From the NCBI GenBank assembly GCA_947177685.1, contig CAMWVE010000009.1, positions 6,041 through 70,040 of the forward strand: a stretch of 64,000 nt of DNA, in the 5' to 3' direction. Positions within the stretch are counted from its first letter, which is position 1, and each line of letters opens with the position of its first letter. Source of the DNA: an uncultured Porphyromonadaceae bacterium (GTDB lineage Bacteria > Bacteroidota > Bacteroidia > Bacteroidales > Muribaculaceae). Position numbers and translations under genes: made by a program. Below the pieces are notes generated by a model. It saw only the letters and a program-made list of their open reading frames with translations, was not told the DNA's origin and made no database searches. Positions 45,957 to 54,844 of the stretch are shown one piece after another.

Positions 45957-46204
45957 AATTAAAATTTTATATTCTAAACATAACAAAAGATTTCTCTTTT
46001 TTCTTGTAATTGCTGATTTTTTTGAAATCTCAGTGATTTATGAGTTAAACGCACTGAAGATTAGACTCATCTGTAATATATTATCTCCATTAGCATTCTT
46101 CACTATGCTAGTCGCGTTTAAATATTTGATTATCATCAATATGTGAGTTTTGCACGAGCGCTGATATATTCTATACAATTTACATTTTGGATGTCTGAAT
46201 TGTA

Positions 46205-48934
46205 TTAATAAGATTGTATAGGTTTTGATACATCTACCTTATATATCTTTTTTTCACTCTTAACGACCTTATGACTTTTCCATTTCGTCAAATAACTGCA
46301 ACCATAAGTATCTCCTAACCATTTCTCGAAATCGTTTCTATCTGCATCATTCAATCTGTTCTTGATTATGAATAGAGCCTTATGCCTTGCTCCTTCTTCT
46401 AACTTATCTTTTGATTGGGTAAAATAGTCTTTTGCTTGGTCAAGTGTCCAAAGAGAAATTTTTGAAGAAACAGAAAATGCTGATTTGTTAAACTTTTGAG
46501 GTACAAATTCTTTGCTATTAGTGATTGCAATATTAATACTATCTACCAGTTCCTGTGATATATCTAATAATCGACCTTCATTTTCTATCCTTTGGTCGAA
46601 GTCATCCTTATTAACGTATGAATATAATGTATGCTGTTTGTCTTCATAATAACAGACCATATTGCGGATTGCTTTCAACACCTGTGCATTGTATTCACCT
46701 GTTAATGTCAAGGTGTGTTGAAGTGGGAAAATTACTCTGAATTTAGTCCAATCAGAGGTGATATTGCTGATTGTAGGATATGCTGTATATGATATATCTT
46801 TATATAGTTTACTGAAATCAGAGTATTTCAAACCACCGTCAATATCTACTATAATATGGTCAACACTATCCATTTCAGACTTACAATATCTGTATCTTTT
46901 GTTAGATACCTTATACATTTCACTGATTTTCGTTTGCTTGAAATTTTTTATAATACCCCAATCTTTATCCTTCTTCCTTAGTGGTAATCTGGAAACTTTA
47001 TCTTCATTTACCCAATCATACAAATAATTTCCTTTTAATGAATGGAATTTGTCAATTGCATCATTTAATGGAATAGTTATGGCATAGCAATGCGTTGAAT
47101 GGTCTATCTGATAAGAGATATTTCTGTCAAAAATACCCAATTTAGTAATGGTTAAATTATCACTTACTATAGTAGAACCATATTCACCATTACTTATTTG
47201 GGTATTTTTTACAGGATTATCTATCCTGATAATCATATATTCATTCTTATCTTCTCTATCTCTTGACCTTTCAAGAATGAGATAACTATCAAAAAGGTCA
47301 TAAAACATTCGTGATAATGTATCATAACTACATTCATATCCCATATACCTTATACAAGCAATCAAATAACTTGCTCGATATATCCCAAAAGTCTTGAACC
47401 CGAATGCTTCATATAGTTCATTAGGTGTAAGAATGGTTAAATCAACATTATCTGTGTTGCTATAAATTCTATACCAATCCTTAATCTTGGTTATACTTGA
47501 AGTCTTAAGCTTTTCTGAACCATAGGTATCATAGTATTTGGAGAGCATATAGTTATATTGGTATTGGTCATAGGTCAATGTTTCACCTGCGATAATCTTT
47601 TCTTTTGCAGCTTTGAATGAAAGTTTCTTCTTTGGGTCTCCTTTTACAAGTTCATCAATCTTACATTTTCTGACAATGTATTCCCCAGTATCACCTCTCA
47701 TATCTCTGAACAGTTCACATACATTATCAATAGATTTCCAAATCCTGTACCTGTCCAAAGTATCTTGAAGATTAAGTTGTTCCTGCTTCCATTTCACTCC
47801 AAATTCAAAATCACAGCAGTTCAATCCTTTATCCTCAATTTCCTTAATCTGTTTGTAAATCTTATCATATTCATTCTTCACCCTATTGTAATCAGATTTA
47901 TCGATACACCTATCCAATGCAAACACACATATACCAGATACTCCAGCTCTAAATCTCCCCAGCATTTGTTTAATCTCTCTTTGGGAATAACTGGTATAAC
48001 TGAATTGCTGTGAACCAATGATTATGCAAATATCAATATGTGTATCAATGTCGTGCCCTGTGAAGTAAGCACTGGTCATAAAATGAAGCTTCTTCCCCGG
48101 ATTGAATTCACTGCTGTAATACTCTCCAATGTCATTCTTGTTGGAAGAAGAACACAGAACCTCACAAGAGTTATCACCTATCTGATTAAGAATTTTCTGG
48201 ATTTCATTCACATTATTATAAAAGACACATATTTGTCTGTCAGAACCAAATTTGTCATTGCTATGGATTTGACGGATAATACTTTTCAAGTCCTTATTTA
48301 TTGTATAGACTTGAATACATTTATTTGATTGACCCTCATATTCGGTGCTATAGTCCAAGTTGTAGGTTATAATCTCTTTTTCTTTGACATAGGTTCTCAA
48401 ACAATCAACATATCCCCAATGAGGTGTCGCTGACATTAATACAATGCTATTATCCCAATTCTTAATCAGTTCAGTTACTTTATAACAGATACTCCTGAAC
48501 CCATTCTCGTCAATCAGCTTATGATACTCATCAATAACCACACACCGTCCGGACCAAAAATGTTCCATATCCATTCCATAATTAAGAAGCATTTGGTCCA
48601 ATTTGGGAAATTGATCGTAGGTTGCAATACACACAAGAGCATTGGGGTCTATGGTTTCACAACCACCATAGACACAGCATATATCAGGGTCAGACTTATA
48701 TTGTAATTCCTTGGATTTGGAGATAGATACATTGGGTACTAATATCAAGATACCCTTGAAGTTATTTTTGGCGTATTCTATAAAACCAGTGGTCCCACCA
48801 TTACCACAGAGAGATTTGTTTAAAACATTTATGTTTCTTGAATTGAACCACCTTTCATAAGTAGTAGGTTCAATAATTTCGTTCAGATAGAATTTACCCC
48901 TGTTGGGAATTTCATAATCATAATTGAATAACAT
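46205..48934 (-). CDS. 909-aa SF2 helicase-like protein with a C-terminal primase/replication-initiator-like region (putative island replication protein)
   Basis: Helicase motifs II VVIDEYH, III LMSATP and VI QMLGRFRAG. The motif I position reads CGNGGTTG, which has no Lys. The C-terminal HIIVDIDGG...TKFRVIFPL resembles the AEP-primase DxD motif and following strand (weak). Confidence 0.6.
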   Translation of the reverse strand: MLFNYDYEIPNRGKFYLNEIIEPTTYERWFNSRNINVLNKSLCGNGGTTGFIEYAKNNFKGILILVPNVSISKSKELQYKSDPDICCVYGGCETIDPNALVCIATYDQFPKLDQMLLNYGMDMEHFWSGRCVVIDEYHKLIDENGFRSICYKVTELIKNWDNSIVLMSATPHWGYVDCLRTYVKEKEIITYNLDYSTEYEGQSNKCIQVYTINKDLKSIIRQIHSNDKFGSDRQICVFYNNVNEIQKILNQIGDNSCEVLCSSSNKNDIGEYYSSEFNPGKKLHFMTSAYFTGHDIDTHIDICIIIGSQQFSYTSYSQREIKQMLGRFRAGVSGICVFALDRCIDKSDYNRVKNEYDKIYKQIKEIEDKGLNCCDFEFGVKWKQEQLNLQDTLDRYRIWKSIDNVCELFRDMRGDTGEYIVRKCKIDELVKGDPKKKLSFKAAKEKIIAGETLTYDQYQYNYMLSKYYDTYGSEKLKTSSITKIKDWYRIYSNTDNVDLTILTPNELYEAFGFKTFGIYRASYLIACIRYMGYECSYDTLSRMFYDLFDSYLILERSRDREDKNEYMIIRIDNPVKNTQISNGEYGSTIVSDNLTITKLGIFDRNISYQIDHSTHCYAITIPLNDAIDKFHSLKGNYLYDWVNEDKVSRLPLRKKDKDWGIIKNFKQTKISEMYKVSNKRYRYCKSEMDSVDHIIVDIDGGLKYSDFSKLYKDISYTAYPTISNITSDWTKFRVIFPLQHTLTLTGEYNAQVLKAIRNMVCYYEDKQHTLYSYVNKDDFDQRIENEGRLLDISQELVDSINIAITNSKEFVPQKFNKSAFSVSSKISLWTLDQAKDYFTQSKDKLEEGARHKALFIIKNRLNDADRNDFEKWLGDTYGCSYLTKWKSHKVVKSEKKIYKVDVSKPIQSY

Positions 48935-48978
48935 TTCATATCGGCTTATTGTATATACATATCACTTATAAAAAAGTA

Positions 48979-49025
48979 ATGGTGGTAGTTGGGAAGCGAT
49001 ATGAAGAAAAACCAACTGCCACCAT
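48979..49025. other. 14-bp-stem hairpin in the replication-gene/MTase divergent gap
   Basis: atggtggtagttgg ... ccaactgccaccat (13/14 complementary) with a 19-nt A-rich loop. Lies 45 nt upstream of the 48934 start. Confidence 0.6.
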
Positions 49026-49088
49026 TTATATATTTGATTGGTTAATTACTCCAACACAATATTTATGTAAATATAACAAAGAATGACA

Positions 49089-49156
49089 GTTTCGTTATAT
49101 CGTGATTACCCCAATAGGTATTTATATACCCTTTCGTAGTTTCGTAAGTTTTCGTA
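49089..49156 (+). repeat. iteron-like direct repeats of TTTCGTA (3 perfect copies plus 1 TTTCGTT variant)
   Basis: TTTCGTT at 49090-49096. TTTCGTA at 49132-49138, 49140-49146 and 49150-49156 (8- and 10-bp periodicity). AT-rich surroundings. Confidence 0.7.
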
Positions 49157-49245
49157 GTTAATCTGACTACTCTGGAATGTAGATTGACTACCCCCCAAGG
49201 TGGACCTTACCAAAATCTATACAATTCCATAGATGTGAAAAATTC

Positions 49246-49281
49246 GCCCAAAATACTTGGATATTCCTTCTGATACTTTTG
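49246..49281 (+). promoter_or_regulatory. island promoter box P3
   Basis: gCCCAAAATACTTGGATATTCcttctgaTACTTTTG, 39 nt upstream of the ATG at 49320. Confidence 0.6.
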
Positions 49282-49319
49282 CAGATGAAAAGTAATACAA
49301 ACTCTAAAATCACAAAAGT

Positions 49320-51269
49320 ATGGAAGATATGAACAAGAAGAACATTGTTGAAACAACAAAAGGTGTATTTGATATTGATGGTCAGTGCTGGACAGACAGA
49401 GATTTTTCACATCCAGAACGTACTATCCGCATCGCTACCAGTTTTTCAGGTATTGGTGCCCCGGAGGCAGCATTGGAAAGACTTGGACTTAAATCCCAAA
49501 TTGTATTTGCCTGTGATATAGGTGAGCGATACCTCAAATACAATTTCAAGCAGCTCAAGGAGTTTATCAAAGATTTCAATGAAGAAGACAAAGAAGCCTT
49601 TGCTTTGTCATTGTATGAAGAAAACAAGGCTGGCGTTGAATCGACAAGACAAATCATTGCCCGACACAAAGTTATGAAAGAAACAGGTAAAGAAGTTTCT
49701 ATTAGGGATGTGGATTATGAACCTATAACTCTTGATGATGTTAGGGAGAACCTATTGGGCGACAAACCCAAGTTGGATGATAAACTTGAACTGACGATAG
49801 ACTGTATTAGGATTATCTGTCGTAATAAGGGTATCACAAACTCAGAGGACATTGCTGCCTATGTATCGTCCTTATATGATCAAAAGGGGATGAACTGGCA
49901 GAAAGAGAGTTTCTTTGCAAATCATAAAATTGAAGAAAGTGCGTGGCATACAGACATAAGGTTTCTGGATGCAACCAAATACAGAGGTCTGGTTGATATA
50001 TATATTGGAGGTTCTCCATGCCCAAGTTATAGTCGAAGCGGAAAGAGACTTGGACTGGATGATATGAGAGGTACACTATTTTATGAATTTGCAAAGAGGA
50101 TAGAGGAGTGTCAACCCAAAATCTTCATTTTTGAGAATGTCAAGGGTATGATGGATGAGAAAGATGATATAAAGAGTGGTCTGGAAGCAGCTATTGAAGT
50201 CTTTCAAAGTCTTGGTTATGCAATCTATTGGCAGGTACTCAATGCAAAAGATTATGGGATACCACAAAATCGTGAACGTGTATGGGTCATAGGCTTTCGT
50301 GATAATGTGGATTTCAAGTATCCTGCTCCCATCCATTTAACAACAAGAATGTATGACTATCTGGATGACGATATTCTCCCCAGAAGCGGTAATGTAGATA
50401 CTCCTTTTGTCAGACACCTCACAGGTACTGAATGTTTGCGGTTAATGGGGTTCAAGGACTTCAAGATTGCACCTAAACTGATGGAACTTGAGTCTCCATT
50501 AAAACGAGATAGAATACTATGTCAGCAAGCCGGTAATAGTATGGTTGTTGATTGTCTAATGGCTCTGTTCAGACAAATGGACATAACCCAATATGGTGTT
50601 GAACTTGAAAAAGAAACTACAATGGAAGAAAATAAATATCTTGATAATTCTGTCTTGGAGAGTATGAGTGTTGCTGAACTATCAGACCTAATGGTTCAAG
50701 TGTCAACAATATTGAACAAGAAACTCCATATAACACCTGAATTGGATATAAAAGAAGAAAAGAATACAATTGAAGAAACCGCAACCCTAACTGTCAGTGA
50801 ACCCCGCCAAGTTAAGCACGAAATTGTTTCGTGCGATGACGATAAAGCAGGGATATGGAATATCCAGGAAATTGATTTGATGAACGTAGATACTGACGAA
50901 GACAAACCTACTGAAACATTCAAAGTTAATATCCTTGATGAGATAGATTTATCTGGCGCTCCTGTCAAGAAGATAATTAAAGTTGGTGCAGAAGTCAGTC
51001 AGAAAGTCAAGGAAGAGATAGATAAGATAAGGGAAGTATGGCTTGAAGCAGGTGGAGATGTCATGGAATATTACGAAAAGACACGAAAAAAACACGATTC
51101 ACAATGGAACAGAGTGTTGAGTCCGAATGGTATATGTTCAACAATTACAAAAACAGAACCCCCATTTATCCTTGTAGGCAATGAGGTTCCGACCAACACT
51201 GACCCAGTGGAGATAGAAATAGAGTTAGATCGAGACAAACCAACTGATACACCAGAACCCCTGTGGTAA
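49320..51269 (+). CDS. atypical DNA (cytosine-5)-methyltransferase (649 aa) with a large insertion and a C-terminal extension
   Basis: Motif I FSGIGAPE (aa 42-49), IV GGSPCPSYS (230-238), VI ENVKGM (272-277), VIII QNRERVWVIGF (316-326), IX-like LTGTECLRLMGF, X QAGNSMVV (403-410). There is an insertion of about 130 aa between motifs II and III, and a tail of about 240 aa after motif X. Confidence 0.85.
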   Translation: MEDMNKKNIVETTKGVFDIDGQCWTDRDFSHPERTIRIATSFSGIGAPEAALERLGLKSQIVFACDIGERYLKYNFKQLKEFIKDFNEEDKEAFALSLYEENKAGVESTRQIIARHKVMKETGKEVSIRDVDYEPITLDDVRENLLGDKPKLDDKLELTIDCIRIICRNKGITNSEDIAAYVSSLYDQKGMNWQKESFFANHKIEESAWHTDIRFLDATKYRGLVDIYIGGSPCPSYSRSGKRLGLDDMRGTLFYEFAKRIEECQPKIFIFENVKGMMDEKDDIKSGLEAAIEVFQSLGYAIYWQVLNAKDYGIPQNRERVWVIGFRDNVDFKYPAPIHLTTRMYDYLDDDILPRSGNVDTPFVRHLTGTECLRLMGFKDFKIAPKLMELESPLKRDRILCQQAGNSMVVDCLMALFRQMDITQYGVELEKETTMEENKYLDNSVLESMSVAELSDLMVQVSTILNKKLHITPELDIKEEKNTIEETATLTVSEPRQVKHEIVSCDDDKAGIWNIQEIDLMNVDTDEDKPTETFKVNILDEIDLSGAPVKKIIKVGAEVSQKVKEEIDKIREVWLEAGGDVMEYYEKTRKKHDSQWNRVLSPNGICSTITKTEPPFILVGNEVPTNTDPVEIEIELDRDKPTDTPEPLW

Positions 51270-51346
51270 GTAAGATTGGGTAGGTAAGCAAAGAAAAATA
51301 GAATGGCGGATGAGAGATTGTATATCTTTTCATCCGCTATCGGGTT

Positions 51347-52960
51347 TTATAATTGTTTAATAAAACTTGTAAGTGCATCTACACCTATCTGCAAAATGTT
51401 ATGTGAAGTTGACGTTGAATTTGAATGGTCATATTTAAGTCCAAAAAAATCAAACGCTTTCTTTATATCTTTTTTTATTTCAGTCTTATTTCTATGCAGG
51501 GTATATGAACGTAGAGTTTGAAGATTTTTCAAAAAAGTATTCAGTTTACTATCTTCAATACCCAAAATACCACAGACTCTGTGAAAATGAGATATTGATG
51601 CCTCTGTTTTCTTCGTGTGGATTTCTATCCCATCTTTAATTTCCGTAGTTATTTTCTCCTCAACAGGCGTTATTTGGGAAAGGAAATTAGAATTGAAACT
51701 TTCCTGTAAACATAACGATAGATTTCTAATCAATGTGATTAAGGCCTCATAATCGTTATTGAACACAATACAAATCTTTTCTAAAGATTCCGTTTGTACA
51801 CCATTAAGAGGTTTAATTATTATATCATTATACTTCTTTTCCCATAAGGAAAGAAATGTTTTGTATAAATCTCTAAATACAAAATCAATTGATGTTGCAA
51901 TCCCGTTCCAATTACCCTCTATGATAGAACTTTGAAAGAGCGAGCTAAAGCCTCTCCCATCAGGAGGTATATTATAACCCAACCAAATACATTGGTCAGT
52001 ATAAGGCAAGTCAAGAATATCTTTAAGAAAAGCTATGATATATTCATCATTATCATTATCACATCTTAATGAGAAATTTGGACCTGAAATTCGTAATTCC
52101 TGGGATTTATAACCTTGTCTGCCGTAATGTGCTTGTACATTCTTTGAGAAAAATACAGGTGTATATAATGAGGTGTCAGGAGTTGATTTGATAGGCAACC
52201 CATTATCATCTGTACCAATAATAAAACTAATTAATGGATGCATATTGTCAAAAAATCTCTTTAATGAGATATGTCTGAAAATTTGTTTCCCATTGAACCA
52301 ACTTTGGATTATATGAAAGTGAGGAGCGACACATAACTCAAAGTTAGAACTATTCGTTAAACGTAAATTTTGAAATTTCAGTCCAGGAGTACACCTTATC
52401 TTAAATCGTGGATTATAGTCATTTAAAGAAAACTCTACCTCTGACTGGCAATGACATACTAAATCCATACATTTAGCAGCCATATATTCTGACAGAAAAC
52501 GTGCAAGGATTTTTACAGAATTTTCTTCTATGATACAGACAAGAGTTTCAATATTCTCATTCAGTTGATAATACTTAATTGTATTATTTTCTCTACGCTC
52601 ATATAATCGATGATAGAAAATTATCTCTTCGGCTATTCTGATATCTTTGAAATAAGTATTAGACACTTTAAAGTCCCTAATAGTAACTAAATGTTCAAAA
52701 CCTTCCCGAGCGTAGGGTCTATATTTATAGCCATTTATCAAGCAAACCCTATTATTTTCTTCAATATCGCTCGTTGCAGATTTTATGCAATGTGAGGCGG
52801 CAATAGGTGTTGCTAAATATGCAAAATACCTATAATATACGTCAATACCATTCTCAACTTTTCGATATTTCCGATATAGCCAAACCCAATCATTCTCTAA
52901 AAAATGATTAGATAATAATTTTTGGTGATCTATATGGTAAAATTCCGCTTTGTATATCAT
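51347..52960 (-). CDS. hypothetical protein (537 aa), last gene of the MTase-McrB-McrC operon
   Basis: Clean ATG ORF starting 3 nt after the McrC-like stop (stop 52964, start 52960). No motif recognised. Confidence 0.7.
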   Translation of the reverse strand: MIYKAEFYHIDHQKLLSNHFLENDWVWLYRKYRKVENGIDVYYRYFAYLATPIAASHCIKSATSDIEENNRVCLINGYKYRPYAREGFEHLVTIRDFKVSNTYFKDIRIAEEIIFYHRLYERRENNTIKYYQLNENIETLVCIIEENSVKILARFLSEYMAAKCMDLVCHCQSEVEFSLNDYNPRFKIRCTPGLKFQNLRLTNSSNFELCVAPHFHIIQSWFNGKQIFRHISLKRFFDNMHPLISFIIGTDDNGLPIKSTPDTSLYTPVFFSKNVQAHYGRQGYKSQELRISGPNFSLRCDNDNDEYIIAFLKDILDLPYTDQCIWLGYNIPPDGRGFSSLFQSSIIEGNWNGIATSIDFVFRDLYKTFLSLWEKKYNDIIIKPLNGVQTESLEKICIVFNNDYEALITLIRNLSLCLQESFNSNFLSQITPVEEKITTEIKDGIEIHTKKTEASISHFHRVCGILGIEDSKLNTFLKNLQTLRSYTLHRNKTEIKKDIKKAFDFFGLKYDHSNSTSTSHNILQIGVDALTSFIKQL

Positions 52961-52963
52961 ACT

Positions 52964-54844
52964 TTACAACTCTACAAAGAAGGGTGCATTGTTCCTTGAA
53001 TTAGGTGCGAAAGATTTTCGTAAAGAAATCACATCATACATTGGATGCTCTTCAACTTCTTTTCCCATAAAATACAACACATAGCTTCTTGAATTTTTTG
53101 CATCCGGATAACCTTTATCAATCATTATATCAGAGTTGGCGAGAACCTGTTTTGTCGTATCAAGTTCATATACCGTGTATTCTATTGGATTATCTTTATC
53201 ATACAACAGAAGTCGTGAAGCCGCAATCATAAGACCTGATTTTTCAAGCGACCCATTCCTTTTACCCAACCTAATGTTATATAAGTGGTTATTCAAAATC
53301 CATTCTTTATGCTGTTTGTTTTTATAGCACCCCACCAGCATCATATCACTTTTAATGCGTGGAGTGTATTCAGGCATACTCTCAGCAGCAACAAGAGGGA
53401 ACGTACTATCTTCTAAATCATATTGTAGAAGAATAGGTTGTTTCTTCTTGGCTATTAGAACACTTTTTATAATATTATGCACTTGTTGCTCATAAGATCT
53501 ATTATTCGTTAAGTCGAAAGGCACAACCATTAAACTCAAACCGTATCTGTCAAGGATATCCTCATATACAAATTCAGGAAGTTGCTTGGTGAACTTTTCT
53601 GAATAGGGATATATTAATACCAATTTTGGTATAACTTCGTGTCCAGCTCTTGGAGTTTCACCCTGTCTATATTTTTGACCATAGGCATACATCTGATACA
53701 TATCTTTCATATCTATCAAATAGTTATGATCGGGATTATCTCCATCAATTGCTTTCCATTTAGTATCTAATATGATACACTCATAATGAGGGTTATTCTT
53801 GTCTGTCTCAACAACAATATCAGGTCTTAATCTAAACATACCCTTCCCATCAGAACGTCTATCCACTAAACAATACCTGGTATTCTGGGTTTGCGTTTTT
53901 AAGGATATGCTCCTATCATAAGTTGGTGCATATTTCTTAAACAAGTATGCGACAAAATTTTCAAACAATCTTTCAGCTTGGAAGAGCAGTGATTGATTAA
54001 CGCAAGCTCCAGAAAAGTTTGTAAATCCTTTGTTTAGAAGAAACTGTGAACTCCATTTAATCAATAACTCATAAGCAGAAAATAATCTGTTTGTTGAAAA
54101 TGAGAGCTTCAAATCCCGTTCAATATTGTTGCTTGAAGGAACATCTGACAAAAGACCTAACAATGCGGATATTCTTGCTTTGTTAGTTGTTGAATGACTA
54201 TCCTCATACAATTTCTGTAAGGTAGAAACTACAATCCTATTTTGTGGTATATCTTCAATATACTTATTATATTGTATGGCAAATCTTGACTTATTAACGA
54301 TATTTTTGGACAAATGTCTTGGAATATCAAGTTTCCCTTTCAGAAATCTTTGATTTTCAGAAACTCTTGAATAATTCTTTTTAATGCCTCCAAGTATCAG
54401 TTCCTCAACAGCTGCTATATAATTGGATATATATACTTCGAGAATTGGGAAATTCTTTCTTGTATCAAGACCTGCATTCTGAAATGATTTTGCACGTATA
54501 TCAGAAAAGTGTCTTAACATATTCAAAAACACCTTTCTACATGTCTCTTTGTCCTCTTCTTGTTTACCAGAAGATTTATAAATCTTTGGTAGTATTTCTA
54601 TTACTTGACCATCCTTGGTCTGAATAGTGCCTACATATCGACGTGTGCGTATATATCTTTTTCCACCACGTGTATGAACAGACATTATACTATCTGCATC
54701 ATCATTGGTATTATTAGATAAAATGAAATCCCATAGATTATCAAAGGTGAGCCTGGAAAGCGCAGTATCACCTTCTTTATGAGGTTGTTCCTCTATATAT
54801 AGGGTACCAAACTCATAGGTAATTATGGGTTTCTTTTGTCTCAT
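52964..54844 (-). CDS. McrC-like restriction endonuclease subunit (LlaJI R2-like)
   Basis: PD-(D/E)xK-like core RLRPDIVVETD...CIILDTKWK, as in McrC (D...D/E-x-K with TKxK). ATGA-type 4-nt overlap with the McrB-like gene. Confidence 0.75.
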   Translation of the reverse strand: MRQKKPIITYEFGTLYIEEQPHKEGDTALSRLTFDNLWDFILSNNTNDDADSIMSVHTRGGKRYIRTRRYVGTIQTKDGQVIEILPKIYKSSGKQEEDKETCRKVFLNMLRHFSDIRAKSFQNAGLDTRKNFPILEVYISNYIAAVEELILGGIKKNYSRVSENQRFLKGKLDIPRHLSKNIVNKSRFAIQYNKYIEDIPQNRIVVSTLQKLYEDSHSTTNKARISALLGLLSDVPSSNNIERDLKLSFSTNRLFSAYELLIKWSSQFLLNKGFTNFSGACVNQSLLFQAERLFENFVAYLFKKYAPTYDRSISLKTQTQNTRYCLVDRRSDGKGMFRLRPDIVVETDKNNPHYECIILDTKWKAIDGDNPDHNYLIDMKDMYQMYAYGQKYRQGETPRAGHEVIPKLVLIYPYSEKFTKQLPEFVYEDILDRYGLSLMVVPFDLTNNRSYEQQVHNIIKSVLIAKKKQPILLQYDLEDSTFPLVAAESMPEYTPRIKSDMMLVGCYKNKQHKEWILNNHLYNIRLGKRNGSLEKSGLMIAASRLLLYDKDNPIEYTVYELDTTKQVLANSDIMIDKGYPDAKNSRSYVLYFMGKEVEEHPMYDVISLRKSFAPNSRNNAPFFVEL

